Notes under the pieces: model-generated
Told to the model about the DNA's origin: nothing
Database searches by the model: none
The model's input: only the letters and a program-made list of their open reading frames with translations
Assembly: GCF_009914755.1 (NCBI RefSeq)
Contig: NC_060931.1
Direction: 5' to 3' (one strand)
Source: the human T2T-CHM13v2.0 reference genome, Homo sapiens
DNA: 64,000 nucleotides
Translations under genes and position numbers: made by a program
Shown here: positions 25,891 to 40,135 of the stretch, one piece after another
Numbering within the stretch: position 1 is the first letter of the stretch
How the letters are laid out: every line of letters starts with the position of its first letter

Positions 25891-28002
25891 CTTTCATGTG
25901 GTAAGGAGGGCAGGACCGTTTCACTATCTTACCTTTGGGCTACATCAACTCTCTTTGTCACAGTTTCATCTACAGGGATTTTGTTTATGTCATTATCCCA
26001 TAGGACATCTATATAGATGTCATTATGTCAATAAAATCTCAAAACCAGAAAGTAGTAAGTTCCCTAGAATCTTTGGTAAAATATTTGAGTGTTAGAGGTG
26101 GGAAATAGATATAATAAAAATTCAGGGGATTCCCACCACATTGAGGTTTCTGGGTATCCCACAATCTTGGACTTATTACATTCAAAGTAAAAGACAAATT
26201 GCAATACCTTGCTTTTCCTAACACTAAGAAAGAGACAAAACATTTGATGGAACTCTCTGGATTTTAGAGAAGCATACACAACATTTAAGTGTTTTGATTT
26301 GATCCACTTACAAAGTAAACTAATTGGCAGCCCTGGGTGAATCTCAGAGCAAAACATACAAAGTAGTTTCAGCTCATTTAGGGTTTAATACCAGCAGCTC
26401 TGAACCTGGCTGTTACGGCTCAGTGGAACTCATAGTCATGTGATAATAACATATGGGGCTTTCAGGTTGTTGTGCAGAGTCATATCTTTCCTTTATTTCT
26501 GAAATATACCTCTCACTCCTATGAACGTCAGTCAGTTTCTTTCTACAGTCATTTCAGTGTTCGTTCATGGAAAAAGTAGTCAGACTAGTAAGAATGAAGA
26601 TTTGTATGGGCCCCAAAATATACACTTCTTTTTACCAAAGTTAACTGGATACAATCACTTCAAGTGTTTTTCCCATCAGCAGTGAAGGATAACCCTAAAC
26701 TCTGGCACAGCGCCACACTCTGGGTGAACAATTCTACGATCAGCAGTAAATTGAGCACTGAACTCTTTTGTCCTAGAAGGGGTAGTAGTTTGATCTCCCC
26801 TGAATTAACAATTATTTTGCTTATGGATTTGCCTATTATGTCTCCCATGCTTCTGTCAGTGCCACCCTTATTCAAGGCCTTTTCTCAGTCATGATGTCCT
26901 ATTGCTTCTGAATAGAGAACTTATTTGCAAATGAACAAAAGCAATACGATGACCATAATGGAATTCTCTGGTCTTAACACATAACCCATCATCCAGGAGT
27001 AACTGACCCTGTGGAAAGATAAAATGGTCAAAAGAATTTTCAGTTAAGGTGCCAACTGGGAAATAATTAGTGAAGTTGGGATGTTTTAACTGAACCATCA
27101 GCAAATATATGGTATTATTCTTCTCAGAGCCAGAAGATATATTTCCAGGAATCAAAGGGTAGGATAGGGAGTTACACCTAATAATCCACTGGAAAATTCT
27201 TGGTTGCCCTTTAACTATAACTCTGGACATCCTGCCTTAGAGATTTTAGTTCATAAATGGTGAGCGCTTCCACTAGGAGACAATACTTCCCGTAACTTGA
27301 AAGCTGAGGCAGCCAACAAGCTGTCTGTGGTTCTTTGTGCCTCTACATCAAATGGCAACAAAAAGGGGAGATTTACTTATTTGGATGTGGTGATTACTTA
27401 TTTGGATGTGGTGATTGGTGGTGATCATCACAGGCAAATTGAGTGGCTGATCCAGAATGTATGTGTCTCCCAGTACTGCTGTAGCTGGTGTTAGGAAGGC
27501 GGATCTACAAGCTCAAATCAAGAGCATTAAAGTTTGGGGTCACTTCCCAAGATAAAGAATACTGAATAGCTGGATATTCTAGCTGAAAGCTAAAGAAAAA
27601 TTGAATACACACAGAAAGAATTATGTTTTATCACAACTATAGCCTTGTTATCAATGACAGAAATTGGGACTGTGCTAGCTTGTCTTGTTCTAGTATTTTT
27701 TTTTATTAATTACATTATTTTTTACTCACTATTTCCTATTATAATTTATATAGAGTATGTTGGTGGTGAATAACATAATGCACATTAAGATAAATTTTGG
27801 ATTATAGCCAAGTTAGAGAAAAAATAAACATCAAGAAGAGATGAAGTGCAGTGACTAGTGAGACTTTGGGGAGAAGGTGAATATATTTTCCTTTGTAAAA
27901 AAGAAAGTGAAATTTCAATAATATGTTGATGATGTTATTGATATTTGAAATATTGGATTGGAACCAATGTTTTATAAACATCGAATATCCAAAGGAGGGA
28001 AC
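25890..28002 (+). pseudogene. Ancient ERVL internal fragment (RT, RNase H, integrase, dUTPase), heavily decayed
   Basis: Co-linear with the HERV-L in this window: ttcactatcttacctttgggctacatcaactct ([11 protein letters not shown]-like, ~25920), aaagtaaaagacaaattgcaataccttgcttttcctaacactaagaaagag ([17 protein letters not shown]-like, ~26184), ggaattctctggtcttaacacataacccatcatcca (GIHWSYHVPHHP-like, ~26960), gtggtgatt dUTPase end (~27390), PPT aaaggaggga at 27991-28000. Confidence 0.8.
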
Positions 28003-28533
28003 TGATTATGGCAAATTTCATAGACTGTCTAATTCCATTCTATTTCAATCTCCTTGGAGCATGTCTTCTTATGAATCACAGGCTGGAAAGATGCAGACTA
28101 CATATCTCTGGCTCCCTTGCAGCTTGAGTTCCACATGTGGCCTAAGCTTCATAAGGTGTATGCAACTGCGTGCATCTTGGAAGGGATGTAAACACAACTG
28201 TATGCAACCAAGGGACATGATCACCCTGACTTGAAGACAAGCAGCCACAGAGGTACATGGCTATTCTTCACCAGATAGAGTGCAGCTTCTGGTTCTAAAG
28301 ATATTGAACAGTCAGTGGTGAGCAGAGGCATATGACCTCTGCTGGAGCTGTCTCCTCGTGGAGCTGGGCAATTATCCCAGTTGTATTTCTTCTGGCTAAG
28401 TGGCATCCACACTTGTTTCCTTGACTCCCCCAGGAATTCTGCACTCTGCCTATCCTCAGTAATAAACCCCTTCCTACTTTAAACTAGCTGTTGTGCATTC
28501 TATTGCTTGCAGCTAAGAAAACTAACCAATATA
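28003..28533 (+). mobile_element. ERVL LTR, LTR33-like, 3' LTR of the preceding fragment
   Basis: Follows a PPT. ggctggaaagatgcagactacatatctctggctcccttgcagct, AATAAA at ~28461 and the end ttgcttgcagctaagaaaactaaccaatata match LTR33-type motifs as recalled. Confidence 0.7.
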
Positions 28534-30691
28534 CTAGTTTTCTAATGAATTCACCTATGTCTATAATTACTGCTTTGGCTAAATTCTACACTATATATTT
28601 GGATATATAGTGTACTCATTTTATATTATTTATAAGTGGTGGTCAGCTTTTTTGCTCAATCCCTTCTATAGTACAAGAGCACAACCTTTTCTTTTAATTG
28701 CCAATTTCCAATGACAATGTGCAATTGTAGTCAATGTCATCTGTCTGAAATAAGTGGAGGAACATTGATTTAATCCAGATTTTCCTGGTCTCACACTGTG
28801 TATTTTATCTGACATTATATGATTTTGCCTTCTTTAATTTCCTCTATTGTCTTGTTTTAATGAAGGAAACACACTCAGATTTAGATAATATTTATTTATG
28901 TCTTCTATTTTCTTCCATTATGTAACATTTAAAAAATATCTCACTGGTATTCATTTTGTTTTACTGTGTACAGAGTAAGATTCTAAAGTAATTTTTAAAA
29001 ACAATTATGTCACCAAATTTTTATATATTACTAATGTCATAGTGCTATTTATTGAATAATTTTTCCTTTATTTACTGGTTTGTGATATTTCCTTTGTTAT
29101 ATACTAAAGTTTTAAATAGATAATATTTTCTAATCCCTTAATTTTTATATACACCTCTATACCAGTGTAGGCAAATTTTCAACATTATTAATGTCTCTGT
29201 GATATTTGACTCATTTGCTACTCCTTTCTTCATAAAGTTGTTATGGTTCTCAATCTCTCTGCTTCCAGGAGGAAGACCCATTATCACAAAATGCACCTAA
29301 AATTTCATTCAGACTGTGGTGCTGACTTCATCTTTGACCTCTTCCTGTGTTGGACATACAACAAAATCAAGTTAAGAGGACACAGGTTTGAACACCAATA
29401 ACAGATTAAAGTACATATCCTGTAACAGCAATAAGGTCTGACAATTTTGATCCAAAACTATTTAGAGTGGCAGAAAGAAATTTTTTGCAGTGTATTGCTT
29501 TACACAGTCCAAGAATAATTTAATATATAAAAGCATAGCTAAAATTGAAAATCTGCTTCCTAGCAGCACTGACTAAATTGCTAGTTTTCTCTTACTCACT
29601 TAAGTGCCAGGAAGTAGTTCCCTTTCTTCTTGGTTCCTTGTGTTCTCCTGTTCTCACGTTGCCCAGCCCTTCCTTAGCTCTCCCCAGTGTCTTCTTTTAC
29701 CATAACCCAGTGACTTTTGAGAAGTCTAGCTCTTTTGTTGCTTTAATTGTTTTTCTTGAAAGGGCACATCCTGTAGCTTTTCCCCTTATTCTACTCAGAA
29801 AAAAAGTGATAAATAGCAAAAAGAGCAGGGAAAATTACTAAATCGTAACTGTGAGGCTGTTAATCCTCACAAGTTTTTGATTTTATTGTGTACAGAATCA
29901 TTCATTTAAATGTTTTTATTTTAAAAATGTAATTATCATCTTATTATTCAAGGATAAACAGAAGAAAACTTGTGAATAAAGAGTATAAGCAATATTTAAA
30001 AACATATCACAGTGATGCTATATTTGTGCATTGCAAAATAGCTGTAAGTTGTATACACAAATATATCTGAGCATAATAGTCTAGGAACTAAGACTTCCTC
30101 AAACCAAAAGTAACATTTTATTTGGTTGGTCCATAGTACTTTGGCCCCTCTTGAATTGTTTTACCGGAACTATTATATAAGCTTATGTTCTCAACATTCA
30201 TCAGAAACTGACAGGAAAAGTACAATACATGCATAACATACACACATGCATACACATTTTAAAGACAAATCATCTTTCATATTTTCTATTTGCTGCTCAG
30301 GTATATCAATCTAACTTTTGTTTTCAATTACTATAGCCCTCTTGCAAAAGTGCTCCTAAAACTTCATATATCTTCCTTCCTCTCATCTTACTAATTGCAC
30401 GTATATTTGTATGTATGTATGTATGATTCATTCATTCACTCTTTCATTCATTCAGCTTTATTGTTGTAAATTACCTACAAATTCTTATTGGAAGTACAGA
30501 AATTTTAACTATATTACATGAATGCTAACGGAGACCTAGGATAGATAAATATATTTCTAATATTTTATTGTGGGCAAATAACACTAATACTTCACACTCT
30601 AGCATTCTACTTACACAGGTTATCAACAATCATCTATTCCTTTGTTGTTACGTTAGATTTACCTTTTATTAGATGTTAATATTAGATGTTA

Positions 30692-30990
30692 ATGTCTTTG
30701 TAGGGACATGGATGAAGCTGGAAACCATCATTCTGAGCAATCTATCACAAGGACTATAGGCGGGAATTGAACAATGAGAACACTTGGACACAGGAAGGGG
30801 AACAACACACACTGGGGCCTGTCGTGGGGTAGGGAGAGGAGGGAGGGATAGCACTAGGATATATACCTAATGTAAATGACAAGTTAATGGGTGCAGCACA
30901 CCAACATGGCACATGTATACATATGTAACAAACCTGCACGTTTTGCACATGTACCCTAGAACTTAAAGTATAACAATAAAAAAAAGAAAA
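30692..30990 (+). mobile_element. L1PA 3' end (older than L1PA2) with an internal deletion of about 30 bp
   Basis: Homologous to 16709-17030 but lacks the aaaaccaaacaccgcatattctcactc segment at 30755/30756; A-rich tail. Confidence 0.9.
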
Positions 30991-30994
30991 TGTC

Positions 30995-31300
30995 AAGTGT
31001 TACCACCTTTTGTGAAAGCATCTAGAAATATCTTTTAAAAATAAATTTGACCCAGTAATTCCCACACCTAGGAATATGTCCTACAGAAATTAAAATGCCA
31101 ATTCATATGGACACTTATATGTGGCTATTTATTGTGGGCTTGATCATGGTAATCATAAAACAGAAATAAAATTAATGTCCAACAATAAAGAATTTAAGAA
31201 GAATGGATTAGAGCTATTCTGTATAACTTGGAGGGGTTTCTACAGGGTTTTATTTAGTCAAAAATAAGATGCAGATGTATATTGTATACACATGCATATT
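30995..31300 (+). mobile_element. Old L1 (L1ME-like) fragment
   Basis: ttgacccagtaattcccacacctaggaatatgtcctacagaaat...aatgtccaacaataaagaat is a diverged ORF2 3' motif. Confidence 0.6.
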
Positions 31301-31506
31301 GTATACACACATATTGTATATACACGTAAGATGTATATTTTATATAATAGAAATCATTTTCTAAAAATGAGCAAGATAAATTGTGTGTATGTGTAAAATC
31401 AGTATGTGTAGGTTGATATGAATACACCTTATTAACATAACTTACACTCCATTGGGGAATGAGGATGTGCTTGATGTTTTAATATGATGTAAGAAGGAGA
31501 AGAATA

Positions 31507-31813
<307 letters not shown>

Positions 31814-32390
31814 TTAGTATTAATATACAATCCAATTTATGCACACATATGAATTTAGATATATAATGTAATGCATAATCACCTAAATGTTAATAGGGTT
31901 CAGAGTGGTAAGATTTTAGGTGGCTTTTATTTTTTCTTTATATTTTAATGAATCGTTCTCAATCCAAAGATAATAAAGATAGTAATACATAAAATTTAAA
32001 TAATTAAAAAAGTCTATTTCCATTGTGTATAAAGAGTACGCAATGTTTAAAAACTTTTTTAAACATCATTATATTAGGCAATATTTATATCTAACCTAGA
32101 GGACACAAAGATAAAGAATTATCAGCAAATAAGAAATATAAAGAAACTGGTTACATTTGTTACTAAAATACACTGGATTTTCAAAGCTTTCAGATATAAA
32201 TGTTAATGTGATTTTGTATATCAATGACTACAAGAAATGCCCAGATGTGATTTAACTATGATCTTTGTCTTTATCTAAGCATGAACAACTAGGTTTCCAA
32301 GATAAATCTTGATATGATTTATGTATTTTATCTAAACTTTTACATTAAAATAGCCACATGAATAAACAGTAATTTCTTTTCTTACTGTAC

Positions 32391-32710
32391 TTTTTTTTTT
32401 TTTTTTTGCTTTAAGAGACTGCATCCTGCTCTGTTCCCCAGGCTGGACTCCTGCGGTGGAATCATAGTTCACTGCAGCCTCCAAACCCCAGGCTCAAGAA
32501 ATCCTCCTGCCAAAGCCTCTGGAGTAGCTAGGACTACAGGCATGTGCTCCTATGCCCAACTAATTTTTTAAATTTTATTATTATTTTCTGTAGAGATAGA
32601 GGCCTCAGTATCTTGTCCAGGCTCGTCTTCAACTCTTGGTGTCAAGCGATTCTACTGCCTCAGCCTCCCAAAGTGCTGGGATTACAGGCATAAACCACTG
32701 CAACCCGCCC
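32391..32710 (-). mobile_element. AluJ-like element
   Basis: Poly(T) head, atcatagttcactgcagcctc...ggctcaagaaatcctcctg (J-type), ends aaagtgctgggattacaggcataaaccactgcaacccgccc. Confidence 0.9.
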
Positions 32711-35700
32711 AATTTACATACTTTTAAAATGATAGACAATATGAAGAAAGGTAGAAAGAAATATAAATATCAAGTATTCCTGCTATCTAAATCAGTTTAA
32801 ATATTTATAATTTTATCTTTATAATTGGTATTTAACTCTGATGCCTCTCTAGAATAATATGTCAATTTTATAATTATTTTATTGTCCTTTCTTAAAAATT
32901 CCTGATAAAACATGTCTCTATAAGGTGCTGTTCATCTTTAACATAGAAGAAGGCTCTAGTTTGGTCTAGAATTTCCTTAGCATCTAGTCTACTTCTCTCA
33001 GATAAAAAGAATAAGTTGGCAATGATAAACCATGGGGTTGACAAACGTGATCAATAATGTGATGAACTGTCTCAATAAAACTAGTTAAGTAATTAATAAT
33101 TTTATTCTTACTTCACATCTTTCCTCCTCTACAAATGCCCTAAATTGTAATTTCCTTGAATGTTCAACAATTATTTTCTTTCATTGAAGTAAATTTGTCT
33201 CTTAATATTTTTAAAGCATTTTTTGTAAGTCTAAAGTATTTTCTTTAAATCTATCTTGCATTTAAAAACATTTCTAGAAAAATTTCACAAACACTTTAAA
33301 AATTACTGATACACCTGTGGCATTGCAGTTACTTTTGTAGATAAATTTAATTACATGTAGAAGAAGTATCATTCATTTTTCACTAATGAAATAATAAATA
33401 CAAAGCCTGTGAGGGGATTACAAGTATAAAGACATAACTGAAATTCCAACTTTAAAAAAAGACATTATCAACATGATCATTTATAATAGAGAAGACCAAT
33501 GCAGAACAATGGGTATGGTTTCACAGGCTGTATTTTCTGGATATTGAATGACAACACCCTTCTCATCCTTTGGTAACCTCCAATGGCTGAGCAGCTCCTC
33601 ACAGTCCTCTCAACAGAGACAGAGGAGGAAAGGGTAGGGGAATCAGAAAGACACTTTCAAGTAGTTCATGGTCTAGTTAACAAAATCCTACACATGAATG
33701 ATATGAAAAAACACATGCTTATTATCACAATCAAATTAATCTAGCACAACCGAAGCACTTCATTTGCCCCCAACAGGGTAGAACTAGCCTGTTTTCATTC
33801 AATCTGTACTTTTCCATCAGGCACTCTCAGTAAATGTCCCCGATAGACAATAAAAGCTCACTATGGACTATTCAGCTCTATCCATAGCAACAATATAGGA
33901 CAACTGCCCTCACTCCCAATTTATTCTCAGCTTCACGTGTTCCTCTGGCTCCCTCGGCTCTAGACTACCAGCCTCATAATGAAATGGGAGGTAAAATGAA
34001 ACTTTGCATAGATATGTCACCAGTGCACTTTTACCAAGAAACCTCACAACTCACATTAGGCAATGTTTTCTTTTCAAATTGATCTGTTTCACAACACATT
34101 GCTTTGGTTGTTCAAATGCAGTTTCAGAAATCAAATTTGCAAGTCTAAAATTAAGATGACACAGCAGAGAACATGCATCATTCATGACGATTTCACAGTG
34201 TTTCCTAGTCTGATTTACAGTTGTCAAAATTAACCTTACATGACATAATCCATTATACGTTTCACTCAATACTGCGTTTCCAAATCATGACACTGTATCC
34301 CAGTCACGACATATCATCAGTTTAAACTAGTTTCTATTGATTTTAATTTCTTTCAGTTACTTTCTACCTTTTGCTTTCTTTCTGGCAAGATATAAACTTT
34401 ATATGAGTTTACGATGACATCCCTTTAATAACTATTTCTCCAGAATTTCCAACACAATCCTCATTTTCATATTTTATTTTAAATTGCAGATTTGGTTTAC
34501 CTTACTTTTTTTCTCTGATTTATCTTTTTTATTATATAGAAAACCTCACATTATTCTGAACTAAGTCACAGAGTTTAGTCTTTGTCATAGAGTTCCTGTA
34601 GACACAAATAGACATAAATCCTTGGCACTTAAAGAAAGAAAAGCATAAAGAATCTTCCTATCTACTGTAATTTTGAATTCCGTGTCTTACTAGTTAGGAT
34701 ATAAATTATTAATAATTAAGGATAAAAATAATTATAAAATTCTGCATTCATAAATTGTTTTGTAATGGAAACCAGTGATGCAGTAATTTTTTCTCCAAGG
34801 AAAGCTCCATGATTTATTTGAAGATCAAAATACTCAATGGCCTGGCTGTTGCAGATTTGTATCAGATTTGTTGAATGTCACAAATCATACAAAACTAATT
34901 TTCAAATATGTTTGTCATAATGACATGGCTTCTACATAAGGACAGTCTTATTTTGTGCTTAGTAGGATGTATTAAAGATAACGTCATATTAGTGATATTT
35001 GGATGCTTCCAGAATTTAAAGCAGTTTTTCTGGCTAGTGTGAGTAGGAAAAGATTTTGTAATGTTAATGGAAAGACATATTAAAGTAAAATGTATATATT
35101 TACAAAGTAAACATTTATCTTTTTAATATTGGTCTTGTCTTAACATTTTAAAGGTACATATACCTAAAAATGGTGTTTATTTTAATTTTCCAAATTGTAC
35201 ATACATCACATATAGATTTTTCCTCATTATTCAATATAACCCCATCTTTTTTGAAAGAGATTTAAAAAACTTAAGAAGGTAAGAACTTTGTTTTCTCTTT
35301 TGTTTTCAATTATCTTTACCATCTAATTATTTTAAGGCCATTATTTATTATTATTAATAAAATTCATGTTTTCCTCAGCCATTATCAAATTACATGGCAA
35401 TTTTACATTCATGATTTTTTTGTATCTTTACAATAATCCTGACACATAGGTAAAGCAGGGATTTTATACCTACTTTAAAATTAAGAAATAAGTTGTAAAG
35501 TTCTGACTTTAATCCAGGCCATCTGAATCTGATGCTGGTGTTATGTCATATCAGTTGTGTAAAACGATTCTTCTAGTGTCAAATATGACTTAGTTTCTAA
35601 GCTCCCGGCAGATAGGTACACTACCTCTCCAGACTACCTAAAAGCTCTATCTTAAACAGGACCACCAGGGTTTCACTTGCCTTATTCTCTCTTATCAACC

Positions 35701-36269
35701 TGGCTGAATATCTAAAATTGTCCCACTCAATATTAATTTCTAAAATAACATAGTGAAGGGCCATGTATTAATGTCATGAATAGATTATATGAATTATTTT
35801 TTTAAATAACCAGTAAGCATAGAGGAACAAAGTAAGAGCCAAGTTAAGTTTTGGCTAAATAAAATCTCCAAAATGTTATAACATAGGTATCCCTTAGAAA
35901 GGCTTTAGAGATATCTTCATAGTTGTGGGAGAAAATAAAGGCAGAGAGTTGAAGGCTTAAATATTTTCCCACAAGGGGAGATGTTTACACTCAAAGAAAA
36001 AGTAATTCATGATTTTGTAACCTGGTCAAAATTTATCCTTCAGTGCTTTATACTTGCCTAAAATATTGCTACATTCATGGACTATCTAAATTAGAAGGTA
36101 GCTATCATCCAGGTCAGTGCTATTAGGACTCAGGAAAGAAAAATTAAGCACCTGATAGATGATCACTAAATATTTGCTGAATAAATATACAGAAACAGAT
36201 GAGGAAGTCTTTGCAGGGAGAGAACATGAGATTCCTCAGTCCATGAGTCAGCTCACTCCTCTTCCCACT

Positions 36270-36405
36270 TAGGGCGGAACTAGGAAAAGCAAGGAAGTAC
36301 CTAGGAACAAAATTTAAGAACGCACTTGCATGACCCTGGGGGTGAGTGCCTCATTAAATTTTGTGTCTCAGTAGCATCTCTTGCGTCTTACCCTGTTCCC
36401 ACCCC
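36270..36405. mobile_element. hAT-Tip100 MITE, MER91A-like (palindromic)
   Basis: agggcggaactagg...aaaatttaag...cacttgcatgaccctgggggtgagtgcctcattaaattttg...accctgttcccacccc. Confidence 0.7.
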
Positions 36406-39204
36406 CACTAATCCATATTATTCCTTGATTAGAAGTCCTCCTTCCTTATTCATCATCTAAAAGAAAAAATTGCCATGCCACACTCTCAGGGCAGACTTCC
36501 TGATTCATCATCTATTATAAAAGAAAAGAATGCTATGCCACACCCCATGGCTGACTTCCTCTTCTATTGCAGTTCAGGATTAGAGAAAGTAAGTAAATGT
36601 GGGGGTGGGGGTGAGTAGAGCGAAGTGATTATTTAAAAATATCCTTTCTCACTCATCTCTCCCTCTTCGGCAGGGTCAAACCTAGAACATGTAGAGTTTG
36701 GCTAGCACATACAAGGATAAACAGTGAAAACATGTGTCTAGGTTGAACAAGGAATAGAAGAGAACCTCAGTTGTTAGTATCATGAAAGGTTAGAACAAAC
36801 AGAGCCTGGGATCAGCTTTAGTGTTCTGGCCACCTGAAATCATCTCAGAGTTTCCCTGACTTTCGTCTATTGAGGACGTGGGACTCCAAATAAAATGACC
36901 AATTATTTGATACATATTATTTGAGAAAGATGAAATAACATAGAAACAAAATAGGGCAGGCAACTTCTTTTCCTTCTGTTTCTAGTATTTGCCAGCACTA
37001 TCCAAATCATCCCAGCATTTTGCCATTTATTTATCTATCAGAACTCCAAAGGTTGGAGGCTGGTTATAGGCAGACATCAGAAGATACAATCAAACTTTTA
37101 AATGAAAACTGCCAATATTGAATTTCCACTTGAGTTGATCCTGTATTGTCTATGTGGTCTCAATGCCTCCATTGCTGCTACTTTGATCCAGGGCTTCCTC
37201 ACCCCATTCTTGGATTATAACCACGACCTTACTTGTGGCTGTCCAAACTCTAGAATTTGACCCCTCCAATCCATTCTGCATATCATTCCTGTTTATGAAC
37301 ATAATTTTGCCTCAGTTTACTGAAGAAAAGGCCAGATTTTTCTGCCTTACCATCAAGGTCATTAGGCTTCTTTTCAAAAGTTATTTACTGCTCTTTTGCC
37401 ACCTGCTCCTTTAATTCAAGTCATACCAGCATCTTGACTGCCCCTTACAGATAACCTGCTCATTCGACTTCTCAGATTTTTTAAAAATGAGGTTTGACTT
37501 GGAATGCTCAGTCTTTCCACCATACCCTACTTAGGTAAGTTCTATACATTTCTGGGGAGGAACTGGTCAAATTCTACTGCCTTATCAAATTACCTTAATA
37601 AATATAGGTACAGTCCTTCTCTCAAAAACTTTAGTTGTTTTTATGTAAGATTTATCCTTTCATCAATGATTTATTTTTTACCAAGTATGAACTCTACATT
37701 ATGCAACCCATAAAAGATACAAAATCTCTGGGCCAACCCAGAATTACAGTAATTTAAAGTAATTTTATTTATTTGTTTTTCTCTTGTCTTTCCTAAACAG
37801 AATTAAAGACATCAAAGTTAGGGATAAGGCTTTATACAGAATTGGAACTAGGTAGTGACTACTATGTTCTCCTTCACCTATTTTGTATTTAATTTTATTA
37901 TATGGGATCCTTGATAGATTAGAATGCCAGAGAAGTATATTTTTGATAAAAGCATTTGAACACCATTTTACAAACCAAAATGTATCAGTATATCGTATAT
38001 TGTATAAAATTCAAATGTATTCCAATTTTATACCACTGAAAATAATTTCTGAGAAATTCATATTTATTATTCCAGAGTTAGGATGTACATCTCTGTTTCA
38101 GTATCTGTCTCCATTCTTACCCATCTGTTAATGGGAATATATGTATATTCATATTTATGTAGGTTAGTTTGTGATCTGTTATATGTAGTCTTTTGAAATC
38201 TTAAAATGATTTTGTTGTTGTTATTGTTGCATAGTCTCAACCTTAGTCATAATTAATTTTTATTTTTCAAAAACTTGCTTCATTTATTCCAGTATGTTAC
38301 ATTGTAAGTGCTTGTGTCAATATTCCAAGATGTTTACTGTACAATGGCTTCTTGTATTAAGCACAGCAGTATTTTGTCCACTTACAATTCAATTACTATA
38401 CTGGTAAATACTACTCAAACAAATTTTTCATCATCACATCTTTTATCTAATATCAGTGACCACATATTTGTACTAAGTAGAGAAGAAAGCATCTCTCAAT
38501 GAAACTTTTGGGAAAAAGCTAGATAATCCCTTTATAATACAATGATATGAGATTTTAAAAAAAATAAAGAACATAGCAAGGTGAAAGTGTGAGTAGAGGC
38601 CTAAAAAGAAGAAAATAAGATAAAACACATGGAATTACTAATATAATGTGTTAGCAGACTCTAAAAGAGTGAGCATATTCTTAATTAGGTTATACAAACA
38701 ATGCATTAATGATTTATTAAATTCCCTCTTTTATGGGAATTTGTATTTTCTTTTGAAAGTATTTCCTCCTATTTAAAACTATTCTTGTTTGAGTCAGAGC
38801 GAAACTCAATACTACCCACATCAAGCCAGTAGAATTCCAGCAAATAAATGAAAACAATGGGTAAGATCACAGTTGCTGCCAAGGAAATGCAAGGTCACTG
38901 CCCCGATCAGCAGCAAGGCTCCCATAGGAAACTTGCTCTCACAATGTCTCAAGCAAGAGAGCTAAATAGAACAACTAAATGGGAGATATTACTAAAACTC
39001 CCAGGAAAAGTGATGAAAGTGATATAAACCTTATTTCAAGTTCATGTGGAGGATGATTAGGCAGTGACATATATTATCTGACTTAAGTTTAGTCCCTTCC
39101 CCAAATCCATCAAAGGTTTAAAATACTACCTAGGACCCTCTTTTTATTTAATTTTCCTCACTTAAAACAAAAATAACCAACAGTGCATTGTCTACCTCAA
39201 TTTT

Positions 39205-39437
39205 CCTAAGACGGTAGGTCTTATGTTAGGTGTTCTTACAACACAAAATAATAAAAATAATAGTAATTATGCAATAATAATAAAAGGAGCAGAAAGAAAT
39301 CTTTGCAGGTGATGAATATGTTTATGACCTTGATCATTTTCATCAAGGTCATATTCCCAAATTCCTTGAGTTGTATGCCTTTAATATGTACAACTTTTCA
39401 TATATCAAGCATACCCCAATAATGTGATTTTAAAAAT
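39205..39437 (+). mobile_element. Old L1 3' UTR (L1MC/L1MD-like)
   Basis: ctaagacggtaggtcttatgttaggtgttcttac...aaatctttgcaggtgatgaatatgtttat...atcaagcataccccaataatgtg. Confidence 0.65.
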
Positions 39438-40135
39438 ACTCCTGAAAAGTAAAAGGAGAGGTGAAGACATCCTGTCCATGATGAGATAATCATACGCTGG
39501 GATGTAAGAAGTGACCCTGGTGGTCACTTTAATATTTTTGAATTTGTTAGAAGTTTACAGGTAGACATTGACAATTTTAGCCCTTAATTTGCCATCACTG
39601 ACACCAACTAATTGATAGTGATGAGCTTTGTGGCTTGAAGATATAAAAACAGGAGTGACTGATATAAGTAAGGACACTTATAAATGGACAAAAGATGACA
39701 CTAAATTTAAAAATTCTCAGAGACTATTGGAATACATTTATGATATTAATAATGGTATATTTTCTCATTTATAAAGAAAATATAACAACAGCAATTATTT
39801 AGTGTTAACCAGGAACAATAATATTGAAATAATATTCTCAATGTTGTATCCTAAATGGAATCAGTATAAATGTATATTATCTTAATTGAATAAAACATAT
39901 CTTTTGAGGATATTCTTTTACATGTTCTGGTTATTTTTTGTCATGACCTTAGAAGGTTCCATTTTCTCATTGGCTTCAGTTGAATTCCTGTTAGTTACTA
40001 AAAGACTCAGGTTTTAAAACTAAAAGATTTTCTTAAATTTTAATACTGTAACAAACATTTACTGGGAGCTGATTATGTTCTAGGCATTGTCTTAGCCTAA
40101 TGTAAGCGATTAAGGTTAACGTTGCATCTTTCTTA

